From Chrysomallon squamiferum (lineage: Eukaryota; Animalia; Mollusca): a DNA stretch of 64,000 nt. The position numbers and the translations under genes are program-made. Location of the stretch: positions 3,658,001-3,722,000 of the forward strand of contig CM022667.1 in assembly GCA_012295275.1 (NCBI GenBank), read 5' to 3'. Every line of letters begins with the position of its first letter. The stretch's first letter is position 1. The notes beneath the pieces are model-generated. The model ran no database searches, was not told where the DNA came from, and was given only the letters and a program-made list of their open reading frames with translations. This document shows, piece after piece, positions 42,286-54,216 of this stretch.

Positions 42286-43344
42286 AAAAAAAAAAAAAAA
42301 AAAAAAAATTAAAAATAAACCTGTTTTGTGACTTTAAAAAATAAGATTTTTTGTATGCCTATGGTGTTAGAGACTTATACTGGAAATTACTTTTCTATTT
42401 TTAATGAAAATGTGACTGGACTACAAATATTTACATCCTGAATGAAAATTTAATAAATTTATGAAAAAAAAAATATATATCACCACTGAATTATTTAAAT
42501 TTCCAATCAAGATAGATTGTTTCATTAATCAAATATCTTTGTCAGAAATAGGAAAATAATCAGACATATTTGTATTAAAATCAATTACACTCCATTAAAA
42601 CTCATCCTAGTTAATACAAAATTACTGTAGTTTATAAAGGTTGACCTTTGCCACCACTGGGACAAAGAGATGCAGGACTAATGAATAGGATGGATCACAA
42701 AATGATTTCTTCTAAACAACAGCTAGACCCTTCATCATATTTAAAATTATTGTGCAATGTATTACTGATGATATTATAATTCACTCAAAATCGATGTTAG
42801 ATATCAAAAATCACTCATGATTATATTCAGATTAACTCAGTTTTGAACAGAAACTCACCTCATCCCGATCTGTACCCATAAACCCAGTCACTAACATGTG
42901 TCCAGTTTCTTTTGGCCTGCTTAGAACGAGCAAGACCTATAAACTTATTCCAGGAACTAACACACCATTTCCTATAAACAAAAAATAAAATGAGAACAAA
43001 ATAATAAATAAACAAAACATAAGAAATTGAAAAGAAAAATATCAAACAAAACACACACACACACACACACACACACAACACAAACACACAGACACATATA
43101 ATGTAAATTATTATTCTAAAATCAGTAACATTATTTTTATTATTTCTTACCGGACAGTTTCTCTGTCTGATCCAGTTATATATTTCATGGTTGGCCTAAA
43201 AAGACCACCAGCACCCCAGCTTGTTGTGTCACTTCCATATTTATCAGCAATAATGGTAACTCTGGCTTCGGGAATCCTTTCTTGGGCTGCAGTTGCTGAA
43301 CTCAAGCCTACAATGCCAGCGCCAATAACGGCTATCTTCACCAT
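38488..43344 (-). CDS. DDO: D-aspartate oxidase / D-amino-acid oxidase family flavoenzyme, peroxisomal (~334 aa after correcting two 1-nt indels)
   Basis: Exons (minus) 43344-43151, 42971-42859, 42198-42119, 41932-41867, 41673-41619, 41142-41041, 40779-40718, 39846-39729, 39163-39066, 38604-38488. Motifs: FAD VIGAGIVG, INCAGLGA, YPIRGQLV, APWIKH, WAGLRP, VHNYGHGANG, C-terminal SKL. DDO over DAO is inferred from GGCRQ and the short active-site loop. Confidence 0.88.
39851..40172. repeat. ~61-bp AT-rich minisatellite (~5 copies) abutting the DDO exon 8 acceptor
   Basis: Unit aaataacaacagtttaacataaaaataatcatttaataacaatattaaataattttataca at 39851, 39912, 39973, 40034 and 40095. Confidence 0.9.
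40481..40740. repeat. 85-bp tandem triplication containing the DDO exon 7 3' end and its splice donor
   Basis: tacttactgtggtataagataggtatcatc occurs three times; donor GT at 40717, 40632 and 40547 on the minus strand. Confidence 0.92.
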
Positions 43345-46130
43345 TTTTAATGATTCTTCTTTAAAAATAATTAAATAATATAATCAGTATTTTTGTAGAG
43401 AGTCAGAGATAAATGTTAATTGTTTCAGGGATAAATGTTTTTTATTTTTTCTGGGGTTTTTTTCATAGTGGATCACTGAATGTAGTTAATGACAAAAAGT
43501 ACATATCGAAATACATTGTCTAATATTTATCGTTCATTCTCTCTAATAATAATAAATAAATAAATAATAGCTTTTTAGTCGATAACCAAATAAAAAGAAA
43601 AAAATTAAGGAAATGAAAAAGTGACGCCATGATAGAAATAAATTAACGCTTAACTTTAGCATAGAAATAAATGAACGCTTACCTTTAGCCTGTACTACAG
43701 AAAAGGTTGCAAAAAAATGCAAACATTTAAATAATAAATAAATAAAAAATACATTAAATAAAAGCCAAATTTCATGACATTTTTAAATTTTCGCAATTTT
43801 TGTATAAATGAAAAGAATTACTAAAAGATGATCGTTGCATGTGTTAAGAATTTGCCGTCACTGAAAAACAAAAATCTCCAGAAAAGGGCAACTGTCGAGA
43901 ATTTCGGAGAAAATAAAAACCCCAGCTCACCCTCCCAAAAAAGAACAAAATAATAATAATAATTTTAAATTTCACACCTCTCCAAAAGGGAATATTAAAC
44001 ATGAACCATCTCATTTCTCGGTTATCTATAAACTGGTAAGCTAAACATGAGTTTTACTATTTAAACAGAGTTCCCTCCCCTATTCTCTTGTCGTAGGTGA
44101 AGGACAATGTTATTATTTTGTTTTATTTTTCTCTTTTTATTATTATTATTATTATTTTAATATTATTATTATTATTATTTAAAAAATATCGAAAATTTTA
44201 GAATTTTAGAATTTTTAAAGTTTGAAAATAATAAATTAATACGAAAACAACACCTATATGTTTCGTTCCAGTTGGAACGCAGTATCGCTGGTTATTGCAG
44301 AGCATTGTTTTCTCAATGGGAAGACAAGTGAATGGGGAAACATACTGCAACTCCTCTAAACAATGTATATCAGAAATAGCCACCTCTTTAACTCACCACA
44401 GAAAGTAATCCACATGTGGTTAAAGAAAACTAATTTTAAAAAAAAGCTCAGTTTTATATTTAAAAAAAAAAAAAAAAAAAAAGTTATTAACAAAACAGTA
44501 TTTTACCTTAACCTACCTACATTTTATTTGAATCTGTCTCCGCCTAACACCTAGCGAAGCAAATAAAAGACCAGTCACTCATAACTATATACAAATAATA
44601 ATATACATATTACAAAATAAATAAATAAATAAACAGAGTTTTTAAAAAATAAATCTGATATCTTTTAAACTATTACTTGGAGCTGTTAACGTCAAAGTAT
44701 TACACAAAACCCGACCATGTTGATACAGCCATAACATTATTTTAAACACACACACACACACATTATTATTATTTTTATTACACATGAACACAGTATAAAT
44801 ACTCTACAACATGCATATAAAATATTTATTATATACATAAAATGGACATGTACACCCAAATGAATCACATTCTGCTTATTAATATTCTGTCCGATTTCTA
44901 AAACAAACGATCAATACTGAGAAAATTTTGCCTTTAATTTTGACGTTTGTTACATGCGACATACTTTGTTTGTTTGTTATTGTTTGTTTGTTTGTTTGTT
45001 TTTGTTTTTGTTATTGTTGTTTTGTTTATACTTTTATCAGACGAACTGCAATAGTTTCAGGAAGCAGTAACAATTGCAAAACTACAACGGCAATAATAAT
45101 AATAATAATAAAATTAACTGGTGTTCCTATATGTTAAACTATATATACATACATGTATATATATATATATATATAAAAAATGGTCGCCGGAACATTATGA
45201 TACTGGGGCCTCGGACTATAGATGTCGTATTTGCAAGGAGATTTCCGGAGACGTACAACCCCTTACAAATTGTGAGATGTAAGTAATATTCGATTGTGAT
45301 AAGATGTGTTGCTATTCTACATAAATTAGTGTCAATGGAAAATTAATGAAGATTGTTCATCAATGGCAGGAGAATCGGAAAGGAAATTATGTTGACCAAT
45401 AAACAAATCCAATATTAATCTTTAATGATAAAACTGAATTGGATCCGGACCGTTTGGTGATGCTATATAATTTTGTAAATAATTTTGCCGTCGATGTTAA
45501 ATGGGAAAACTACCGGACCGGCGCCTGCCACACCCTTGCCGTCCCATTTGCGACAGGCGTGTATAAATGTTAATATCCACTTTCCTTGTCTTAGCCTTTA
45601 CAAGAAGGTCTCTATTATCTATTCTGTATTATCGAAATTTATACAGCTGGATATATTACTAACAATAATTATGTACACTTCTTGTTAATGGTAAACGATG
45701 AACCTATAACTGAAAATATTTTTAACAATAATCGAATTATTTATCGTACTTACGTATTTGTTAACCACAAGAGTTAGTAGTGTAATAAATATAACCTGAT
45801 GAAATAAATGAGTTTGTAGGTCATGTGTACCCTTGCTGTTGTTAAACGTCACCTTGCAAAGATAACAAAAATCGATAGCAGGACGATCCGCACGTACGTA
45901 TAGACAGACATGCATTTGAATTACAAAATGTGTTCCAGACTGCTCACTGATTGAGACTGCACATTTGCATCACCGAGTTTCTGGTTCCAAATCCAAATGT
46001 CAAAAACGATGGTTAAAAAATAAATAAAGATAAAAGAAATGTCATCAACGTATAACATTTCATTTTTATTGATAAGGTTAATGCTAAATTACTGGTATAT
46101 GTTAACTTTTTTTCGGGCTGGGTATTTGAA

Positions 46131-46187
<57 letters not shown>

Positions 46188-46369
46188 TCAATTAATTATC
46201 TGATTATTAGGATTTAGAACCAGAAAATCGGTGAACTTGTGCAATTTCAATCAGTGAGTCCATTTGAAACATTTTATGATTCAAATGCATGTCTGTCTCT
46301 ATGCACTTGTATCGTCTGCTCAAGCCAAGCGTTTATTGACTATTTCAATCAATACGGGTTGGGGCAGAA

Positions 46370-46441
<72 letters not shown>

Positions 46442-46461
46442 CTATTTTAATTTTTATTTTT

Positions 46462-46499
<38 letters not shown>

Positions 46500-46569
46500 G
46501 TTTAGTAATTATAAATTATTATGAAAAAAATATTAATAAACACTAAATAAATTAATAAATTACATACAT

Positions 46570-46641
<72 letters not shown>

Positions 46642-47408
46642 AGGCTTTAAACTGTTAACGATTTTGTTTATAATTTTGTAGCATTAATGACCTAGTTGAT
46701 TAATAATAGTGACACCAAGAAAAGAAAAATTTCCCCAACAACTGAAGGTCAAATAAGTAGGAAAATTCCCATTTCCAAAAATAATTTAACCTGAAACTTT
46801 TACATATAATAATTATGACGAAATTTTAATTAAATATTAATAAATATTGGTATGAATTGTTAGTTCTAATTCAGTGTATTTATTTCATGAATTTTATAAT
46901 ATCGATAATAAATCATTTTTATTTTCTTTGTGATATTGTTTACGAAAGGCTGGCAAAAAGAACAGCTGATTGCCAATATTCAGGATGAGGTACGTAATAA
47001 CAGAATTAATATTTATTTTCTTCTAAACGACAAATGCTATTTCCATTGATTGTTTATAATATATACCTTCATAATACCCAAAAAGAGAAAAGGAAAGACA
47101 ATATTCAAGCAATAATTTCAATCGTAATTCTCAACCAGATAAAAGTGCGAAGCATATATATTTACATATTACTCCGCTCAAAATTTACGGTTAATTTAAA
47201 ACTGTTATATTTATCCAACGTACATGCATTCGTTGTCATTATTAATTATTTACCGTCAGTCCTCAAACTAAAATATTTGTTTCTGCCCACAGAAAAGTGT
47301 CATTTATTTCGATTGATCTAGTACACTTTTGTCATTGACACGAACTAGAAATTTTAGCACCGGTGTTAACGTTTTTTGCGCACCATGTAATTACACATAA
47401 GCAACCTC

Positions 47409-47474
<66 letters not shown>

Positions 47475-47577
47475 TATTAATAATAATAAATGAAATAATT
47501 AAATGAGAAATCCGGGTGGGCGTACACAATTGCATGAATGCAAGCTGAACTGAAGCGTACAGTGACAAAACTGAATG

Positions 47578-47670
<93 letters not shown>

Positions 47671-47799
47671 GTGAATACCAATTAGTGAATAATTAAGTTT
47701 ATTAAAAAAAAGAAAAAAAAAGAAAAGAAAATAACAACCAACAACAATTAATAATCAAAACGAAAATTATAAAACTATCACAGCGTTAAAGTTAATTAG

Positions 47800-47850
<51 letters not shown>

Positions 47851-48686
47851 CTGGATAAGAGAAGATTCAAGCTTTCAAGTCCCTTTTTTTTTTTTACCAA
47901 TTGACCAAATATATTTCTCCCGTCCGTTGTTTTGCGTTTGGAAAAACCCATTCTTAAACGGTGCAATCTACTTAAGTGAGCGTGGGGGTGCCAGCGTGCA
48001 AAAGCCAAAGGATTACTACAAAAGCTAATTTGGACGTGGGAACAGTAGATAAGAAAACGTTGCTGCTGTCGTTGAAAATCAGGTATGCATATGTATGCTG
48101 CTTAAACAATCCATTAATCGTACCTCTTTTTGCGGATTCGCTGATTTTTATTTTTGTTGCGAATTTTAATTCTTCAATTTCGAATGTCGCTTTATGCAGT
48201 GCTAATTGCAGACCATGATTGCGCATGAGATTCAGCTGCTGATGCCCCGTTTCTTACGAACTACATCGGAGCATTTAATTATTATTACGTGACAGTTTTC
48301 GTGTGTGTTTTTAATGTGTTTATTACAGATCATTTGAATATATTTTCAAAGTTAATATAAATATGTATTCTTCAGTTTAGATCCCAAATTTCGGTCAAAT
48401 CCGAAATTAAAATATTTTTTTTTTTTTTTTTAATGGAGCATTAATATTTTTCTTTTTCTTTTTATCACGATCTTTCAAACTACAGATGAAGTTACGAAAA
48501 AAATAAATTCATAAAATGTTTATTTATTTTTTTATTAGTCATTTTGTGAGTATTTTTATTATTATTATTATTATTATTATTTATTTTTATTTTTTATTTT
48601 ACATTTTTGTGAAAGTGTACTAATTTTTGAAAATAAAATAATCAATAAAAAAAATAAATAAAATAAATAAATAAAATAAATAAATA

Positions 48687-48726
<40 letters not shown>

Positions 48727-48888
48727 CATTTCCACTAGCTTTTTAAATATTTTTTCTCTCCCTGTCTTCTATAATACCAAAACAAAAAAATTGATTTTTT
48801 TTTTTTTTTTTTTTTTTATTCTTGAAGTATAATTATTGTTTCAGTTTTGTAATGTCTCTAGAAGTACTGTGAAAATTTAAGGTTCAAC

Positions 48889-51800
48889 ATGAGGCTTGTG
48901 TCAACTTTGTTAGGCAGGGCAGCACGTCTGTACAGAACAAATTGGTGGCTGCTGTCACGCAAGTCAGGTAAATTACCTTATCAGTTAATTAGCAAGTCAC
49001 AGGTAGCAATAAAACTACATCTTATGTCAGGGCGTACTGAATGAGCTATATTCTCACTTAAATAAAGCTAATCAAACAAGAAGTTTTTTAATAAGGATTT
49101 AGACAAAAGTAAAGCTGTTGTCTGAACCATAACGCAACCAAAATTCATGATTAGACTACAAAATATAGCAAGTTTTCTAAGGACAACACCATTTTTAGAG
49201 TTAAATGATTTGTAAAACATATCATAAATTATTTTTAAGTGCGTGTCAAGACTATTTTAATTTACAATTATCTGCTAAATATTTCATCCTTTTAATCGAT
49301 TTAAATTACATTTTTGTTACAGATTTTAAAAATTATAAATATATAAAATACACTACAGAATTTTTTTTTTAAAATGGAGTCACTTGTTAAATACAGTGGA
49401 CATTTACTAACAGCCGAAAATGAAAATGCTGATGTCAGCATGTGATCATAACTGTACCTTTGTCAGGTGACTGAACTAGGTCAGGTCAAACATAGGTCAC
49501 TGTCAGGTGTTTTAGTGCATACCTGTCTACCATTATAGTGATAATCATTATCCAGTGATTCTCCAATATTTTTTAATAATCTTTTTAATTATTACTTCTT
49601 TTTTTTTTGTTTCTTTTATTATTGTTTTTAAAATCTACAAGTAATATTTGCAGATTTATTTATTTTAATTTTTTTTTTTTTTTTTTTAATCTCAGAGTGT
49701 GTTAATAATACTGGTTTAAAAAAAAATATATAATAAAAAAATAAAAATCCCTGATATATATTTTTTTAAAAATAATTATATTTACAGCAAATTATATTAA
49801 ATGAACTTTATTTTCCAGTCCAGCAAAAATAAAAATGCAATATGCAGATGATGAATATAATTTGAAAAAAATGTATAAAAAAATAACATCTAATTAAATA
49901 ATCAATTGAATATTTATAATATAAAGATTGGCCAAAACAATTATTTGGGTTATTAGTTCTTATATATATATATATAAAAACTACTACTACTACTAATAAA
50001 ATAATTTAAAAACTGCAATAAAAAAGTTTGCATTTATATATAGAACTCCATATATGAATGTTTGTTTTTGTAAATTGTGTAAAAAAATAGAATTTGACAT
50101 TTTTTATTATTTTTTTTCCAGATCTGAAATTTATTTTCATTTTTTAAATTAACTTGATTTTCAGGTTTTCTGCATTATCAAGTGGCAGTCTGTAGCTCAT
50201 CAACTAACGCTGAGAAACCACGGCGACGCGAGTTGTTACTGGAAACAGTGAAAAGTGTTCAGATTGACAGTGATAAACGACAGGCTGAACTTGTCATATT
50301 CGACAAAGATGGGACACTTATCTGCTTCCACACAATGTGGGTTCCATGGACCCAACAAGTTGCCGCCAAGTAAATTAAAATATTTCTTTTTTTTTAACCT
50401 CAGTGGGGATTTTGTGGGAGAATTAATTTGGGTTTATTATTCCATTTTCATAATCTGTGAAGGCAGCATTGATCTGAAACATAATAATTTTTGCTAGTTA
50501 ATGTTCTACAAAACATTTAATTTAAACAGATTTCAATTCACTCAGTTCTGCTGTAATTGTGCTGTCATCATAATAAATTCCTTTATTCTTCAGTTAAAAC
50601 TTTTTTCATTGCTTTTATTTAAATCATAAATGAAAACCAGTATTTGAAAGACATTATTAATTATTTGTTTTAAAATGTTTATACTTTTTTTAAATCAGAA
50701 TTGCAGGAAAAAGTGGCTTGGACATTGAGGAGAAGATCTTTGAGACTCTTGGATTTTGCCAGGACACTAAACGGGTATTTCCAGGACTCCTTGCTGAATC
50801 AACCGGACCTCAGATCAAGGATGTTCTCACAGAGGTTCTTGTCGAAGAGGGAATGGAAAAAAGCCTGGCAAGAAAAACCATTGAGGAGAGTTGCAGCGAG
50901 GGAGACACGAGTCATCCAGACAAACTGAAAGCAATTTCTGACGTGAGAATGTTGTTCAGAATCCTCAAGGCAGAGAATATTAAAATAGCAATTTGCACTT
51001 CAGACAACAGAAAAGGAACGTTGGCTACTCTAGAAAAGCTTAAACTCTGCGAGTACATTGACTATATTGTGTGTGGGGACGATCCAAACACGCTTCCAAA
51101 ACCAGACCCTCACAATGCTTGGAAGATCTGTGGCGATCTTAATGTCGATCCACAACATGCTGCCATGGTTGGTGATACTCAAGCTGATGTTGGAATGGGA
51201 TATAATGCTAAACTGGGCTGGAGTATTGGTGTACTTAGTGGTATAGGCGACACTGAAGATCTGATGCCGGAAGCAGACCATGTTGTGAAGGATGTCAAGG
51301 ACATCCTGCCACTAATCCTTGCTGATGACAGATGGAAGGATTACTATGCATATTTCAAGGATGATCGTGTTTTAGTTGAACCGCTCCAGTTTGATGAGAA
51401 TGACTTGGTTGCCAAGGACAACAAACTGAAGAATGTATCAGCTGTTATTGTTGATTTGAATGGAACACTTCTGTGCATGCACCGCAGATACACAGACTGG
51501 ATGGAAAAACTTTGCACAAGGTAAGTTTGTGCTGAGATTGGTCATTATTATTTATTTATCTAGTAAAGTATATTCACAAAACTTTACCTGCAACATAACT
51601 GCAGCATGTGTAATGAAGAAAAATAATAATGGTAGTTTGAAAATGGACCTTTAATTTTGGTTAAATATTGGAAACATTATTTGATAAAATCATGGGCTGC
51701 CATTCATAAATATCACTTCTGTATTGTTTTAAAACTAATATAATTTTTTTTTTATTATATATATATTTTTTTATAGACTGGAAACCATGACAGGTCTGAA

Positions 51801-54216
51801 ACTGATACAAAAGGTTCACACAGTACTTGGTGCATGTCAAGACTCAAAAAAGATCAAGAGTGGTCTTATAGCAGAGGGTCGACAACACCAACTGAAGTCA
51901 GCTCTGGTGGAACTTCTCATATCAGAAGGAATGTTCTATGAGGAAGCCATCCTGGTCGTCAACCAAGCGTGGCAGGAATGTAACTCAATTCTCCAGGACT
52001 CACCGCTCGTGCTGGATAAAGATGTGAAGAAATTCTTCAAAACGCTGAAAAGAAGTGGAGTGAAAATTGCAGTCTGCACAGAGGACTTGAGAGAAAATGC
52101 TGTCAAAGGTCTTCTCCAGCTGGACGTCCTGAGGTATGTGGACATGATGGTTTGTGGCGATGACCCTCACAGCGAGCCAAAACCATCTGCTCACAACGCC
52201 TTGCTTATCTGTGACCAGCTTGGCGTGAAGCCCTCGGACACCATTGTCATAGGCGACACTGTCTCTGATCTTCACATGGGAGAACTGGCTCATGTGAAGG
52301 CAAAGTTTGGAGTTTTAACTGGAGTAGGATCTCAATCAGAACTCAAACCCTACGCTGATCATGTTGTCGCCACCATCAGTGACGTCCTTCCACATATTAT
52401 GCAGAATGACAACGATGTGAAACCAGCAGAAGACAAAGATACTGGACTGATGGGTAATAAAGTAGGTAGCTTAGGTGTGATAAATCGATCTTATTTTTAT
52501 CATAGTGTTAGAGCTTTCTCTACTTCCAGTAGATCAAACGTTAGAATTACTAATGATGTTCCAGTATATGACTATGTTATTGTGGGAGCTGGGTCTGCAG
52601 GCTGTGTTCTTGCAAACAGACTGAGCAAAGATCCCCAGAATAAAGTTCTGGTTTTAGAGGCAGGACCTGCAGATACGACTTGGAAAATAGACATGCCAGC
52701 TGCTCTAATGTACAACTTGTGTGATGATAAATATAACTGGTATTATCACACACAGCCTGAGAAAGGCATGAACAATCGGGTCATGTACTGGCCCAGGGGC
52801 AGAGTTTTGGGTGGGTCTTCATCTCTAAATGCAATGGTTTACATTCGAGGTCATGCTTTTGATTATGATCGCTGGGTGAAGGAGGGAGCTTTGGGTTGGT
52901 CTTATGCAGAAGTACTTCCTTACTTTAAAAAGTCACAAACTCATGAGCTGGGTCCAGATGAATATCAGGGAGGATCTGGACCTCTGCATGTTAGTAGGGG
53001 AAAAACAGGCAATCCCTTGTTCCAGGCATTTATTGATGCAGGAATGCAGGCAGGCTACCCTTTTACTGAGGATATGAATGGTTATCAGCAGGAAGGGGTG
53101 GGGTGGATGGACATGACCATCTACAAAGGCAAACGATGGAGTGCTTCCGATGCATACTTGAAACCAGTTCTGTATCGTACGAACCTGGAGGTTTTGACCA
53201 AAGCCTTCACCCAAAGACTGATCTTTGACAAAAACAGAGTTGTTGGTTTGAGGTTTGAACACAAGGATGAAGTAAAAGAGGTCAGAGCCAGTAAAGAAGT
53301 TATCCTCAGTGGTGGTGCTATCAATTCTCCACAGCTTCTGATGCTGTCTGGCATTGGTAATGCAGATGATTTGAAGGCTTTGGATATCACACCAGTAGCT
53401 CATCTTCCAGGAGTGGGCAGCAATCTGCAGGACCACCTTGAAGTATACATTCAGCAGGCTTGCACAAAACCTATCACTTTATATTCAGCTCAGTGGAAGT
53501 TCCCACACAACATGGTCAGGATTGGTCTTGAGTGGTTCCTTCATTCAACTGGCCCTGCAGCCTCTGCTCACTTAGAGGCTGGTGGCTTCATTCGGAGTCG
53601 AGCTGGAGTCCCTCATCCAGACATCCAGTGGCACTTCCTTCCATCGACTGTAAATGACCATGGCAGGAAACCAGGATCGTGTCACGCATTCCAAGTGCAT
53701 GTTGGGACAATGAGACCCACCAGCAGAGGCCATCTCAAGCTGAAATCTGCAAATCCTCACGAACACCCAACAATCGTTGCCAACTACCTTACTACAGAAG
53801 AGGATGTTGTTGACATGAGAGCGTGCGTCAGGCTGTCCAGAGAAATATTTGCACAGAAGGCATTTGATCCTTTCAGAGGGAAAGAGATAACCCCCGGGTC
53901 TGAAATAACCACTGATGCTCAGATTGATGACTTCATCCGCAGACGGTCAGATAGTGCCTACCATCCTTCCTGCACTTGTAAAATGGGTAGCCGCGACGAT
54001 CGCATGGCTGTTGTTGATGCACAGACGAAGGTCATTGGTGTTGAAGGGTTACGTGTAGTTGATGCCTCCATCATGCCCAGTGGTGTCAGTGGAAATCTAA
54101 ATGGACCGACCATCATGGTGGCTGAGAAGGCAGCCGACATCATTTTGGGAAATCCCCCATTGCCAAAATCCAGTGCTCCTGTTTATTCCCCAAAATCACT
54201 GGATACTCAGCGATAG
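48889..54216 (+). CDS. CHDH: Mitochondrial tandem HAD-phosphatase / choline dehydrogenase fusion protein, 1181 aa
   Basis: Coding exons 48889-48967, 50165-50369, 50699-51520, 51777-54216 (3546 nt; GT-AG; phases 1, 2, 2). N-terminal [26 protein letters not shown] is presequence-like. HAD1: FDKDGTL / CTSD / KPDP / VGDTQAD. HAD2: VDLNGTL / CTED / KPSA / IGDTVSD. GMC oxidoreductase: [65 protein letters not shown], all typical of animal CHDH. A probable non-coding first exon ends at 48082 (ag|gtatgc). Confidence 0.93.
52567..54216 (+). CDS. CHDH: Choline dehydrogenase (GMC oxidoreductase) domain of the fusion; intronless
   Basis: From [19 protein letters not shown] to the TAG stop. Catalytic His (AYHP) and Asn (GNLN) are present. 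Confidence 0.95.
   Translation, partial: YDYVIVGAGSAGCVLANRLSKDPQNKVLVLEAGPADTTWKIDMPAALMYNLCDDKYNWYYHTQPEKGMNNRVMYWPRGRVLGGSSSLNAMVYIRGHAFDYDRWVKEGALGWSYAEVLPYFKKSQTHELGPDEYQGGSGPLHVSRGKTGNPLFQAFIDAGMQAGYPFTEDMNGYQQEGVGWMDMTIYKGKRWSASDAYLKPVLYRTNLEVLTKAFTQRLIFDKNRVVGLRFEHKDEVKEVRASKEVILSGGAINSPQLLMLSGIGNADDLKALDITPVAHLPGVGSNLQDHLEVYIQQACTKPITLYSAQWKFPHNMVRIGLEWFLHSTGPAASAHLEAGGFIRSRAGVPHPDIQWHFLPSTVNDHGRKPGSCHAFQVHVGTMRPTSRGHLKLKSANPHEHPTIVANYLTTEEDVVDMRACVRLSREIFAQKAFDPFRGKEITPGSEITTDAQIDDFIRRRSDSAYHPSCTCKMGSRDDRMAVVDAQTKVIGVEGLRVVDASIMPSGVSGNLNGPTIMVAEKAADIILGNPPLPKSSAPVYSPKSLDTQR

Noticed and set aside
38488-43344. Calling DDO a pseudogene
   Set aside because: Both lesions are single-base homopolymer indels. 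All splice sites, FAD/catalytic motifs and SKL are intact, and ZFHX shows a similar lesion, so assembly error is more likely.
50293-50319. HAD domain as phosphonoacetaldehyde hydrolase (phosphonatase)
   Set aside because: Motif I is DKDGT, the phosphatase type, not the DWAGT of phosphonatases.
51787-54216. Bacterial contamination or betA operon as the source of the long intronless ORF
   Set aside because: It is spliced in phase to upstream GT-AG exons, has a mitochondrial presequence and animal-type CHDH motifs, and lies in microsatellite-rich eukaryotic DNA.
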